DNA of 64,000 nucleotides from Thermoplasmata archaeon (GTDB taxonomy: Archaea; Thermoplasmatota; Thermoplasmata; Thermoplasmatales; Thermoplasmataceae), in contig JAJYEP010000001.1 in the NCBI GenBank assembly GCA_021785735.1, positions 29 to 64,028 of the forward strand, written 5' to 3'. The notes beneath the pieces are model-generated. The model did no database searches. It had not been told where the DNA came from and worked only from the letters and a program-made list of their open reading frames with translations. Positions 28,360 to 38,509 of this stretch are shown in pieces; positions within the stretch are counted from its first letter, which is position 1; each line of letters begins with the position of its first letter. The position numbers and the translations under genes were made by a program.

Positions 28360-28909
28360 AAAAAGGATTATTCTCTCCGTAACAGGTATGCCCGGCTCCG
28401 GAAAGGATGAGTTCATAAAGGTGGCTAAAAATTTTGGATTTCAGGATTATCACATGGGGGATACAGTCAGGACTTATGCATGCAGAAGCAGCATTCCTAT
28501 CAGCGATTCTGAAATAGGAAAATTTGCCTCGGGGGAAAGAGAGAAGCATGGAATGAACGTCTGGGCCAGACGGACCTATGATCTGATAGGGGATCACAAA
28601 CTGTTCATAATAGACGGTATAAGGAATTACGAGGAGGCCGAGTATTTCTCAAATAACGCTGAAAATTTCAGTATTATTGCTATATTTGCGAACAGAATAA
28701 CAAGATTAGAGCGAATTCTGAAGAGGAACAGGGCTGATGATATACATGACATGGAAGGCCTTATCGCTAGAGACAACAGGGAACTCAACTGGGGCATTGG
28801 AAAAGTGATCGCTCTTTCTGATTATATGATAGTCAATGACAGTACACTGGATGAATTCAGAAGGAAATCAACCAGCCTCATCAAGACAATCCACGATCGC
28901 AGTCTTTAA
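28349..28909 (+). CDS. P-loop kinase, dephospho-CoA kinase-like (UPF0200 type)
   Basis: TGMPGSGK, MGDTVR, DGIR, RDNRELNWGIG; TTG start overlaps the upstream gene. Confidence 0.82.
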   Translation: MANEKRIILSVTGMPGSGKDEFIKVAKNFGFQDYHMGDTVRTYACRSSIPISDSEIGKFASGEREKHGMNVWARRTYDLIGDHKLFIIDGIRNYEEAEYFSNNAENFSIIAIFANRITRLERILKRNRADDIHDMEGLIARDNRELNWGIGKVIALSDYMIVNDSTLDEFRRKSTSLIKTIHDRSL

Positions 28910-29712
28910 TTGAGATCAGCCACATATCTGTAGAGCTGGTCAAAAAACAGTTTTCCGAAAGTTTGCGACTTATTTCCAAACCTTCCGGTTTGACCATTAT
29001 CAAAATAAATTCTCTCTGGATGTGGCATCAGACCTATTACATTACCCTTTCTGTTGGAAAGCCCCGCTATACCCATGAATGATCCGTTTGGGTTCCATGG
29101 GTACTCAGATTCGGACCCATCAGGGGCAGAATAGACAAAAGGTATCTGGTTACTCCTTTCCAGTTTCTTGTATTCGTCGTTGTCCCGAAACATTACTCTC
29201 CCTTCACTGTGGGCAACAGGCACAAGCCATGTTGAATCTTGCCCGGAAAATTGTTTCATGATCGCATTTTGTGATTTGATCCTGATATACGTGTACCTGC
29301 ATTCGAAACGCCCGGACTTATTTACAGTGAGAGCCACCTCTCTCTCCGTGTTTCCTTCCGTATCGGGTAAAATTCCCATCTCTGTCAGGACTTGAAAACC
29401 GTTGCAGACTCCGATAACCGGTTTCTCGCTCTCTATGTACTCCATCATCTCCTTTCCTCTGGAGGAAAGGAGTCTGGCGCCAAAGATGGCACCTGCTCTA
29501 ATATAATCGCCGCCGGAAAATCCTCCAGGGATAAAGATCAGGGAAAAATCATCCAGTTTTCGTTTACCTGATTCTATCTCCTTCACGTGGACGTATTCCG
29601 GATCAAAACCAGAATATTTGAGAGAAAAGAAAGATTCCTCTTCGCAATTTGTGCCTTCCATTCGCAGGATGGCCGCCTTAAAATTAACTGAACGTTCAGA
29701 GGGTGCGCTCAC
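28906..29712 (-). CDS. purQ: FGAM synthase glutaminase subunit
   Basis: [27 protein letters not shown]; start moved to the GTG overlapping the rpl40e stop. Confidence 0.95.
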   Translation of the reverse strand: MSAPSERSVNFKAAILRMEGTNCEEESFFSLKYSGFDPEYVHVKEIESGKRKLDDFSLIFIPGGFSGGDYIRAGAIFGARLLSSRGKEMMEYIESEKPVIGVCNGFQVLTEMGILPDTEGNTEREVALTVNKSGRFECRYTYIRIKSQNAIMKQFSGQDSTWLVPVAHSEGRVMFRDNDEYKKLERSNQIPFVYSAPDGSESEYPWNPNGSFMGIAGLSNRKGNVIGLMPHPERIYFDNGQTGRFGNKSQTFGKLFFDQLYRYVADLN

Positions 29713-29858
29713 TGGCCGCCCCTTCTCTCCTTGGCCTTCATTCTCAAGCCTGTGTAACCACACTTTCTGCAACGAAGTGCCTTTGGAGAATTCCTGGCAT
29801 CGCAACGCATGCATATTTTTTTGTTCAACCGTCTCTCGACTGCTTCTGGAAATGCCAT
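29709..29858 (-). CDS. rpl40e: 50S ribosomal protein L40e (missed by ORF track)
   Basis: [49 protein letters not shown]. Confidence 0.95.
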   Translation of the reverse strand: MAFPEAVERRLNKKICMRCDARNSPKALRCRKCGYTGLRMKAKERRGGQ

Positions 29859-30053
29859 ATCAATTTACCTTCTACTCATCTGTATTCAATCTGAATGAAT
29901 GAACCTATCCGTTAATCCCAGACAATATAAATAAATATCTCACGGACAGCAAACGATCTGCAACATGGACTTTATCAAAAAAGTATTACAAACATGGGGG
30001 TGATCATGAATGAAGATCCTGACATTGTGGTGCAGAAGAACCGGTTATATCTG

Positions 30054-30076
30054 GGAATGTTATTAAACAACATTCC
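30054..30076. promoter_or_regulatory. Operator-like palindrome GGAATGTT-N7-AACATTCC straddling the TATA-like TTATTAAA
   Basis: Perfect 8-bp arms; TATA at 30060-30067 lies 21-28 nt before in-frame GTG 30088. Confidence 0.5.
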
Positions 30077-30078
30077 AA

Positions 30079-31074
30079 TTGGAGAAAGTGCATAATCTTC
30101 TCCTCATAATATTTATCGAAGCGATCATGACACTGATCATCACATATTTTGTTTATTATACCATTGAAAAATCAGAAAATTTTCAGTTCAGGAATTATTC
30201 ATATGTTACCATAGTTCTCACCATGATGGCAGGTATGCTTGGTTCGTTCACAATTTATGTTTCAACACCCTACACTTTCTTTGACACAATTCTTGCGCTG
30301 AGCTTCTCAATGTTTACCATGGCTATTGTTGTTTCAGCTTTACTGTGGATGGTTACTTCCGATACAAAATTCTCCATTTCCGGAGCAGGGTATTATGCCA
30401 TTGTGCTTCTGCTACTGTGGAACGAGATCTCTATGGGTGTTTTTTCCTATATACTCGCCTATGGCATAGATGCCGCTACGGGCGGAAAGGATTCAATATT
30501 CGGGCTCATACAGGCAATGAGCACAGGCATAAACTCGGTGTTTTTCATCGGGCCGATGGCAGCTGAAATGATATTTCTGATTTTCCTTATTAGACCCAGA
30601 ATTTTTTATGTTTTAATATTCACATCAATACTTTTCATGGGAATCGCGGACCCAGCAATTGGTGGAATCGGAAGCCTTGTGTCTGTTGGGCTCATTGCAA
30701 GTGCAGTCGTAATGCTTCTTTACATGATTGCTGTTGTAGTGTTGATATCCAGAAAAATTTCCATGTTTTTCGAAAGCGATATTCCTGTTCTTACTGCTTT
30801 GTTTGCAATCTACGCACTCATATCAGCTGGCTTGTTTGTTGGTGCCCTGAATCCATTTTCATCAATGGTATCCTGGATAGTGAATGCGTTCACAATGCTT
30901 GTGTCAATGGGTTTTTATTTCATCCTTACAGTAAGACGCAGGGACAAACAAATGGAATTTCCTTTGAAGATGGTAAACAATAAGGTGGTCGGAACCGTAC
31001 TGGTGTTTACCTTCATATCAGGTCTTCTCTCTGTTATGTCCATAGCAGTTCATTTCGTGCCTTCTATAATCTAA
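30079..31074 (+). CDS. Multi-pass membrane protein, apparent paralog of the membrane part of the next gene
   Basis: About 9-10 TMs; NEISMG...NSVFFIGPMAAEM motif; start may be GTG 30088. Confidence 0.75.
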   Translation: MEKVHNLLLIIFIEAIMTLIITYFVYYTIEKSENFQFRNYSYVTIVLTMMAGMLGSFTIYVSTPYTFFDTILALSFSMFTMAIVVSALLWMVTSDTKFSISGAGYYAIVLLLLWNEISMGVFSYILAYGIDAATGGKDSIFGLIQAMSTGINSVFFIGPMAAEMIFLIFLIRPRIFYVLIFTSILFMGIADPAIGGIGSLVSVGLIASAVVMLLYMIAVVVLISRKISMFFESDIPVLTALFAIYALISAGLFVGALNPFSSMVSWIVNAFTMLVSMGFYFILTVRRRDKQMEFPLKMVNNKVVGTVLVFTFISGLLSVMSIAVHFVPSII

Positions 31075-31174
31075 GTATAGCAATAACTGCCACCCCCTGA
31101 CAGATGGAAATTCATCCTTAGTAGTCGCCCTCCGGTAAAATTCAGATTAATATAGGAATACAGGATACAAAATA

Positions 31175-33148
31175 ATGGTCCTGATCTATGCGCAGATCAT
31201 TATTGCAGCATTCATGGCTGCGGTAAATATCCTGATCATTTATGATCTCAAAAATAGTGGAAGTACCACACTCGGGATCTACATATCTGGAATGATGGGC
31301 CTGATGAATATCCTTGGTTATGCAATCATAGTCCATTATTCCATACTGCCTCTTATTTTCATCAATGCTGCGTATATGTCACTGGGCCTATTTCCTGTAC
31401 TGACTAAAAAAGAACTCCGGAGAAAAACGGGGCTCCTTATATTCGGCCTGGTAATGGTATTGTCAGAAATTGCAATGGGGGCATTCTTCATTGCCTGGAC
31501 ATTTAACCATGGAGTGAATATAAGTCAGGCAGTGGAAAATCCATGGTTCGCCTACGTTATGCTGTCTGAAATGGCTTTCTCTGTGCTGTACAGGAACAGG
31601 GATGAGAACAGAAAAATTCTCAGGACATATTTCAGCCCAAAACGGAACTACCTTCTTGCATTTCTGGTCATGATGGCCCTCATGCCAATTGCATTTCCGG
31701 ACAATTCAGCATATGTAACCGCTTCGATCTGGGGAACCGCAGTGGTGATGATACTTTCGACCGTTCTGATTTATGAAACGCTTTACAGGCAGAGGTTAAG
31801 AAAAGTCCAGGACACGTCATTATCACTTGAGATGATGATCATGTTCACATTCATGATGATTGGAGAGTTTGTCTATCTGATCTATTTCACCTGGATTGTT
31901 TTCGACGTATCCGTTGTGGTAGGGATGGTATGGTTCATATACCGGTCGACGGGAGGCAAAGGAGGAGAAGAAACAAATTATCTTAACAATCAGAAGTGGT
32001 CTTTTTCATTCATATTGCTGACATTCGTGATGGAATGGTTCATGGGGAGTGTACTGGCTATAGCGTCCGGCGATTTGGGAACAGGTGCATCGGGTTTCAT
32101 TTCGTCGCTTATTTTACCGTGGCAGAATGGCGGAAACATATACGTTCTATACGACGCCTTCGATGTGTTTGTCTCAGTTACCGCGAACCCCTGGTTTCTC
32201 ATCATGATGGGTACAGAGATGGGCATTCTAGCAGTGTCCAAATTGATCGGTTCACACAACAGGGAAAACAGGGTAAGGATTGCTCTTATGATCGGGGCCT
32301 ATTTCATATACAGTATCTATCTGCCCAGTTTCTCATCAATTTCGTCTGATCTACCACATATACCCTACATGTGGAGCATGGGCATTGGTACGCTTGGCCC
32401 TGTGACAAGCAGTGTTTTATTTTCCGGAATAATTGGTACTTATATTGTATCTGCCGCCCTCTCTCTGATGTTCGGAGCACGGCAGATATGTTCCGTCACT
32501 TGCACCGCACCACTGATGTATCAGGGAACGTTTTATGATTCTCTCAAGAAATACAATCGAACATCAAAACTTGGAAGGAAGACACTGACCTCAAAGATCA
32601 AGCCATGGTTCAGAGTTACTGTCATCTCCGTTTCCCTCTTTGTACTGTTCAGTGCAATTGTATCATATCTGAATTCGATTGGTCTGATCTCGTTCTCCAT
32701 ACTTGGTACAGATATGTCTGTACTCGTTTATATCGTCTGGTTCAACCTCATGTGGTATATCGTGTTTATATCAATTCCCTTCATGGGAACTTACGCATGC
32801 GTGACACAGGGCTGGTGCTACTGGGGATCCTTCAATCAGTTGATGGGATATCTGGGATTCTTCAGGCTTAAGGTCAAGGATACCAGTACCTGTGCGACCT
32901 GCAAAACAGTAGACTGTGCCTCCGCATGTCCTGTGGGCCTCACAGACATGCGGGCATCGTTCCTGAAAAAAGGTTCATTTAAAGCGTTCAAATGCGTTGG
33001 AGTTGGAGATTGTGTGGAAGCCTGCCCCTATGACAATATATTCTTCTACGATGTCAGGGGATTCGTTAAAAACAGGATAAGCAGGAATCCCGCAAAACCT
33101 AAGAGCGTTGTAAGTATGGATAACTTCCTTGAGAATACCAGGGAATGA
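31175..33148 (+). CDS. Polytopic membrane protein with C-terminal Fe-S binding domain (NapH/FoxG-like)
   Basis: CSVTCTAP, CVTQGWC, CATCKTVDCASACP, CVGVGDCVEACP. Confidence 0.8.
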   Translation: MVLIYAQIIIAAFMAAVNILIIYDLKNSGSTTLGIYISGMMGLMNILGYAIIVHYSILPLIFINAAYMSLGLFPVLTKKELRRKTGLLIFGLVMVLSEIAMGAFFIAWTFNHGVNISQAVENPWFAYVMLSEMAFSVLYRNRDENRKILRTYFSPKRNYLLAFLVMMALMPIAFPDNSAYVTASIWGTAVVMILSTVLIYETLYRQRLRKVQDTSLSLEMMIMFTFMMIGEFVYLIYFTWIVFDVSVVVGMVWFIYRSTGGKGGEETNYLNNQKWSFSFILLTFVMEWFMGSVLAIASGDLGTGASGFISSLILPWQNGGNIYVLYDAFDVFVSVTANPWFLIMMGTEMGILAVSKLIGSHNRENRVRIALMIGAYFIYSIYLPSFSSISSDLPHIPYMWSMGIGTLGPVTSSVLFSGIIGTYIVSAALSLMFGARQICSVTCTAPLMYQGTFYDSLKKYNRTSKLGRKTLTSKIKPWFRVTVISVSLFVLFSAIVSYLNSIGLISFSILGTDMSVLVYIVWFNLMWYIVFISIPFMGTYACVTQGWCYWGSFNQLMGYLGFFRLKVKDTSTCATCKTVDCASACPVGLTDMRASFLKKGSFKAFKCVGVGDCVEACPYDNIFFYDVRGFVKNRISRNPAKPKSVVSMDNFLENTRE

Positions 33149-33388
33149 TTCATATTCTCAGGATAATCAGTCTGCATTGCTTGAAAATCTGCCGGATAAC
33201 TGAATGACCAGGCATGGCAATTTAGTATTCTTTTCTTCCCAATATAACAGAAAAACTGTTTATTGAATCAAGACATCAGAGATATCTAAAAGACACTGGT
33301 TATGCACAAAATCACTCTTACAATCATGATTCTTTGAATTTTATAATTGTCTCAAAATATAAAAATGAATGGGTTAAGAAATGAAATC

Positions 33389-34546
33389 TTAATCCATATC
33401 TCTTGTGCTTTCCTTTAATTTCTTACCCTTCTTTGGATAATCAATGCTTTCGAACTTTCCCTGCAACTTTGCAATCACCTTTGGAAGGGTTGTATATTCC
33501 ATCTCAGAGTCGGGGAGCCTGTGAGGTTCGAACGGTCCCATCCTTCTAAGGTAATCAACGATATCAACTGCAGTTTTTCTTGCACCGTCGAATGCAGGAT
33601 CGTCAAACATATCAACCGGACCGGAAAGCTTTCCATCTTTCAGGACAAAACCAAGTGCAACCACTCTTGGAGGTCCGTCAAACCTGGTCATCTTGGAGTC
33701 CTTCATTCCAACGGGCATCAACGGTCCGTTGAATGATCCCCTCATCCATCCCGAAACCAGAAATGGATGGGAAAATGCTTCCAGGGACTCCCCTGACGCA
33801 GGAAGTCCTGATTGGATTCTAACAATACCTGCCGGATCATCCTTTCCGACGTATTCTCCGGCAATGAGCGAAAGTTTGTCAGTAGATATTACAGCCACAT
33901 TCTCATCAGGCAGCTTTTCGTGAGACGGTTTTGTAAAAACCCTCTTTATCACGTATCTGCTTTTGGAACCTATCATTGCTAGTACATCATAAGTCAGTTC
34001 CGGTGTTGGTAATTCTATTTTCTTACCCTCAACTATGTCCCATATCTCAAAGATAAATCCCTCATGCATGTTCGGATCAATGACTAATCCGGGAGTATTG
34101 AAAGGGTCTGCAAACATCTTGAATATGGGATAATTAAATGCTCCAGGCTCAGTCTTGTCCATCATGTAGACGATAAATGGTTCAGACTTCCTCGGAGTAA
34201 TTTCCATCTCCGCTATTCCGGGGCCCATACCTTTTATGTTGCCAGAGAATGCATCCTTGAGCAAATCCTGTCCAGCGCCATAAAGTCCAACTTTTTTGGC
34301 AACTTCTGTGCCTGATTTAAAAGCATCCCATGCTAGCTTGTGGACTTCAGAAGAATTGATCCCCTTGTTATGAATCATTGTGATTTGAATATCATCACCA
34401 ATGTGCGAGATGAAGAAGTCACTCAGAAGGTTACGTGAATTTTCTTTGACAAATCTTTTTACCTCTTCTACCACAGGAGGGAAAACTACTGTATGGCCGG
34501 GTAAACTCCCTATATCAGCTTTGATATGGCTAATTGTTGTTTTCAT
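33389..34546 (-). CDS. fbp: Bifunctional fructose-1,6-bisphosphate aldolase/phosphatase
   Basis: IKADIGSLPGH, YGAGQDLL, YVGKDDP, GWMRGS; start moved to ATG 34546. Confidence 0.96.
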   Translation of the reverse strand: MKTTISHIKADIGSLPGHTVVFPPVVEEVKRFVKENSRNLLSDFFISHIGDDIQITMIHNKGINSSEVHKLAWDAFKSGTEVAKKVGLYGAGQDLLKDAFSGNIKGMGPGIAEMEITPRKSEPFIVYMMDKTEPGAFNYPIFKMFADPFNTPGLVIDPNMHEGFIFEIWDIVEGKKIELPTPELTYDVLAMIGSKSRYVIKRVFTKPSHEKLPDENVAVISTDKLSLIAGEYVGKDDPAGIVRIQSGLPASGESLEAFSHPFLVSGWMRGSFNGPLMPVGMKDSKMTRFDGPPRVVALGFVLKDGKLSGPVDMFDDPAFDGARKTAVDIVDYLRRMGPFEPHRLPDSEMEYTTLPKVIAKLQGKFESIDYPKKGKKLKESTRDMD

Positions 34547-34877
34547 CAATTCATCATGGTCATTTAGATTAAAATTCTTTTGTATCTTCATACCAGGGGC
34601 TTATTGCTGATCATCCAAAGATCATAGAAAGGAAGATTTCCGACACGCTAAAAAGGTCATTCCCCTTCGAAAGTGGATTTTGCAGGCCTGGGAATATGAT
34701 AAGAATCAAAAGGACATGATTCGTCATCTGTTACACATGTACTGTAAATATAACGATGAAATTATTATGGAAAACGTCGAATCATAAGATATTGTATATG
34801 AATATCGTAATTTTGAGGTGTAGTTCACGTTTCTAAACAAACTATTTTAATCGCCATGTAATGACCCCTAGTTTAAT

Positions 34878-36776
34878 ATGGGCCAGTTAGACATCAACAT
34901 CGTAATAGGTGGGCCGCAGGGTGGAGGAATAGACACCTCGGCCAACATGATTATAAGAGCTTTCGCGTATGCCGGAATGGACGTGTTTTCTGTGAGAGAG
35001 TTCCACTCAAATATTAAAGGAAGACACAGCTATGTACACATAAGATCCAAGGATGATAAGGTCAGATCCCTGAAGTACCCCGCGGACCTACTGGTTGCTC
35101 TTGATCCAGACACAATATTTGAGCATCACGAGGACGTTTCAAAAGGTACCATGGTTATTTATGACAGCGCATTCGAAGGATCTGATCTGGGTCAGGCAAG
35201 GATGATAATGAGGGATACCCAGAAGGGAATTAAGGAAACTCTTGAAAAGGCAGGATTCCAAACAACAGTGAAGGGAATGCTTGAATACATGCAGAAGAAG
35301 GGAGGCAAACTCGTTCCAATTCAATTTGACTCTGTTCTTTCCCCGGTTGTTAGTGACGGTCCCACCACGCGTTATTTCAACACCTTCGGTGCCGCGGTCA
35401 CTATGAGTCTTGTAGGCATCGAGAAGAGTTCAATGGAAGATGCAATCAGATATGTATTTGGCAACAAGGAATCAGTTCTTAAGACGAACCTTGCCGTGGT
35501 TGACAAAGCATATGAATACTGTGAATCCAACAAACTTGTTGGGCGCAAGATTAAAAAAATGCACAGGGAATCAAGGATTATCCTGACGGGCAACGATGGA
35601 GCAGCCATTGGCAAGATAATGGGTGGGCTTAGATTCCAGACATACTACCCCATAACTCCTGCATCCGATGAGAGCACCATTATGGAGGAACATGAGGATC
35701 TGAAGTGGCTCGAGAATGAGGTGGATCAGCTGAGCAGGGGAGGAGTTGTAGTGGTGCAGACGGAGGATGAACTGTCCGCAATCACAATGGCAACTGGTGC
35801 AGCTCTCACCGGATCAAGAAGCGCGACCGCGACCAGTGGTCCAGGTTTTTCTCTGATGTCTGAAGCAATATCCTTTTCAGGAATGGATGAGGTACCTCTT
35901 GTTGTAACTCTCTATCAGCGTGGCGGGCCAAGCACTGGGCTCCCAACAAGAAACGGCCAGGCTGACCTTTTATTTGCAATGCACGCAGGCCACGGAGAAT
36001 TTCCCAGAATTGTAATAACATCTGGCGATGTTGAGGAGACCATATACGATTCCATGAAGGCACTGAATTATGCTCAGAAATATCAGGTGCCGGTTATCCA
36101 TCTGATCGATAAGAATCTCGCCAATACATCAGAAATTTTGGACGGAATAGATACCAGGCGCGTCAAACTGGAGATTCCTGAGATTATTCCTCAGAATGAT
36201 GGATTCAAGAGATTCAGTCTCGACACGTCTAGCGGCATATCAAGAATGGGAGCTTTCGGGAAGAACATATTCTGGCTCACCGGCGATGAACATGATGAGA
36301 TAGGACATGTCACAGAAGATACAAGAATGAGAGATCTGCAGATGGAAAAGAGATTCAGGAAACTTGAGACTGCAGAGAAGGAAATTCCCATAGAGGACAA
36401 GGCGGTCGTATTTGGAGACAAGAAAGCGGATGTCACATTTGTATCGTGGGGATCACAGAAAGGACCCATACTGGATGCGATGAACGAACTGAAGAAAATA
36501 GGGATAAGCAGCAACTTCCTGTACCTCAAGATGTTCACACCTTTCCCATCAGATTTTGTGCATGATTTTCTTTACTCCAGCAAAACGGTCATTGATGTGG
36601 AAAGCAATATGACAGCTCAGGCCGCCAAGGTGATTACTCAGAATACAGGCTTGAAAATCAGCAATTATATACTCAAATACAACGGAAGACACGTGACAGA
36701 AGACGAACTTGTCGAAGCTGTTAGCAAGATTTACAAAAATGGTGTGAAAAAGGTGGTGTTGACAAATGGCGCATAA
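34878..36776 (+). CDS. korA: 2-oxoacid:ferredoxin oxidoreductase alpha subunit
   Basis: GGPQGGGI, YYPITPAS, TATSGPGFSLM, RGGPSTGLPT. Confidence 0.93.
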   Translation: MGQLDINIVIGGPQGGGIDTSANMIIRAFAYAGMDVFSVREFHSNIKGRHSYVHIRSKDDKVRSLKYPADLLVALDPDTIFEHHEDVSKGTMVIYDSAFEGSDLGQARMIMRDTQKGIKETLEKAGFQTTVKGMLEYMQKKGGKLVPIQFDSVLSPVVSDGPTTRYFNTFGAAVTMSLVGIEKSSMEDAIRYVFGNKESVLKTNLAVVDKAYEYCESNKLVGRKIKKMHRESRIILTGNDGAAIGKIMGGLRFQTYYPITPASDESTIMEEHEDLKWLENEVDQLSRGGVVVVQTEDELSAITMATGAALTGSRSATATSGPGFSLMSEAISFSGMDEVPLVVTLYQRGGPSTGLPTRNGQADLLFAMHAGHGEFPRIVITSGDVEETIYDSMKALNYAQKYQVPVIHLIDKNLANTSEILDGIDTRRVKLEIPEIIPQNDGFKRFSLDTSSGISRMGAFGKNIFWLTGDEHDEIGHVTEDTRMRDLQMEKRFRKLETAEKEIPIEDKAVVFGDKKADVTFVSWGSQKGPILDAMNELKKIGISSNFLYLKMFTPFPSDFVHDFLYSSKTVIDVESNMTAQAAKVITQNTGLKISNYILKYNGRHVTEDELVEAVSKIYKNGVKKVVLTNGA

Positions 36777-37698
36777 TTTTAGAAGCGATGTTGCAATTGA
36801 CTGGTGCCCCGGATGTGGCGATTTCGGTATTTTGAATTCAATACAGCAGGCACTGACGGAATTAAATTTTGGTGCGAATGATGTTGTGGTAGTATCAGGC
36901 ATCGGATGCTCTGGGAAAACTCCCCATTACATAAACGTAGCTGGCGCACATACCCTGCATGGCCGATCAATACCCTATGCAACCGGGGTGAAGCTTTCAA
37001 ACCCTAAACTGAAAGTCTTGGTTACGGGCGGCGATGGTGACCTGATGAGTATAGGTGCAGGACACTTTGTGGGAGAGGGAAGGAGAAATACCGGGTTAAC
37101 AGTGATACTCTTTGATAACGAAGTATACGGACTAACCAAGGGACAGGCTGCTCCAACGATGCAGATGGGCCAGAGAACGAAAAGTCTCACAAAACCAAAT
37201 ATGTTTGGAAGGGTGAACCCCATCTCGCTTGCGCTCACAAGCGGGTATTCATTTGTCGCAAGAGGGTTCTCTTTCGACGGGAAGCAGCTCAAGGAAATAA
37301 TCAAAAGGGGGATACAGCACGAAGGATCATCCCTAATTGATGTACTCCAGCCATGCCCAACATACAACAACATAAACACAATGGAATGGTACAAAAAACG
37401 TGTTTACAAACTGGAGGACAGCAAAACCTGGGAACCTGTTGTAAAGAATGATGATTCTAACCTGGAAGAGGTTTTCCAGAGAGCGTATGCAAAGGCGGGT
37501 GAGTGGGAGGATAAAATCCCAACTGGAATATTCTATGAGAACAACAATATACCAAGTTTCCCCAAGAGAATCAATGAGTACGTTCCCAGATATCTGGAGA
37601 ATCCCCCTTCGGATCAGAAGATATCAGACAAGGACGGCTATACATTAGTTGATCCCATGAAGACATTTTCTGAAAAAATTGTTGAAACCATAAAATAA
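36766..37698 (+). CDS. korB: 2-oxoacid:ferredoxin oxidoreductase beta subunit
   Basis: WCPGCGDF, SGIGCS, GGDGD, YGLTKGQ. Confidence 0.93.
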   Translation: MAHNFRSDVAIDWCPGCGDFGILNSIQQALTELNFGANDVVVVSGIGCSGKTPHYINVAGAHTLHGRSIPYATGVKLSNPKLKVLVTGGDGDLMSIGAGHFVGEGRRNTGLTVILFDNEVYGLTKGQAAPTMQMGQRTKSLTKPNMFGRVNPISLALTSGYSFVARGFSFDGKQLKEIIKRGIQHEGSSLIDVLQPCPTYNNINTMEWYKKRVYKLEDSKTWEPVVKNDDSNLEEVFQRAYAKAGEWEDKIPTGIFYENNNIPSFPKRINEYVPRYLENPPSDQKISDKDGYTLVDPMKTFSEKIVETIK

Positions 37699-37709
37699 AT
37701 CTACACAGA

Positions 37710-37740
37710 ATTTCCGGTCCATCCATATCGGACCGGAAAT
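37710..37740 (+). terminator. Stem-loop after korB (terminator or mRNA 3'-stabilising hairpin)
   Basis: Perfect 11-bp stem ATTTCCGGTCC/GGACCGGAAAT, 9-nt loop, 11 nt after the stop. Confidence 0.5.
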
Positions 37741-37801
37741 GAACCATTATTTTAATCAGATCGAGACAATAACTTTTTACTCTTTGAACTTATTGCAATT
37801 T

Positions 37802-38509
37802 ATGGCGAAAATAGGTCTTACATGGCACGGTCATGCGTGCTTTAGCATTGATATGGGTACAAAGATCATAGTGGATCCTTTCCTCAACGGAAATCCTTTT
37901 GCTGATATCAAACCGTCAGATGTGAAAGCCGATGTGGTTGTGGTAACGCATGCCCATTCCGATCATCTGGGCGATGCAATAGAGATTTGCAAAGCCAACT
38001 CTGCAGAACTTGTTACAATGGTGGAACTTGCTTGGGCACTTTCAGAAAAGAACGACTGGCTGAAGGCTCATGACATAAATATAAGTGGTTCCACAAAGGT
38101 CAAGGGAATAAAGATCAGTGCGGTACCAGCATATCACAGTTCCAGCTATAATGGCGCCTATGCAGGCCCACCGATGGGCGTCGTAATCGGAAACAATTTC
38201 AGGATCTATCATGCAGGTGATACTGGAATTGTCAAAGATATGGAGGTTGTGGGTGATTTCTACAAGCCACAGGTATCCCTTTTGCCCATAGGCGGGCACT
38301 ATACCATGGGACCCGAGGAGGCTGCATACGCCACTGGGATGATACGGTCAAAATATACGATCCCAATGCACTACAACACATTTGATCTGATCAAGGCAGA
38401 CCCCATGCTTTTCAGCAGATTAGTGAAGGAACGTGGATCATCCGAAGTTATAGTTGCACAGGTGGGAAAGGAGATAACTTTTGACGAATCAGGAAAGAGG
38501 CTGGAATAA
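37802..38509 (+). CDS. Metallo-beta-lactamase-fold hydrolase (UPF0173-like)
   Basis: WHGHAC, THAHSDH, YHAGDT, IPMHYNTF. Confidence 0.9.
   Translation: MAKIGLTWHGHACFSIDMGTKIIVDPFLNGNPFADIKPSDVKADVVVVTHAHSDHLGDAIEICKANSAELVTMVELAWALSEKNDWLKAHDINISGSTKVKGIKISAVPAYHSSSYNGAYAGPPMGVVIGNNFRIYHAGDTGIVKDMEVVGDFYKPQVSLLPIGGHYTMGPEEAAYATGMIRSKYTIPMHYNTFDLIKADPMLFSRLVKERGSSEVIVAQVGKEITFDESGKRLE

Noticed and set aside
29713..29814. N-terminal extension of PurQ in the ORF track
   Set aside because: Alternate-frame shadow of rpl40e.
30006..30095. Short ORFs after GGGGGTGA (MNEDPDIV.. from 30006; MKILTLWCRRTGYIWECY from 30010, in frame with the membrane gene)
   Set aside because: They overlap the likely TATA/operator of the membrane gene and have no other support; chance is adequate, though a leader peptide is not excluded.
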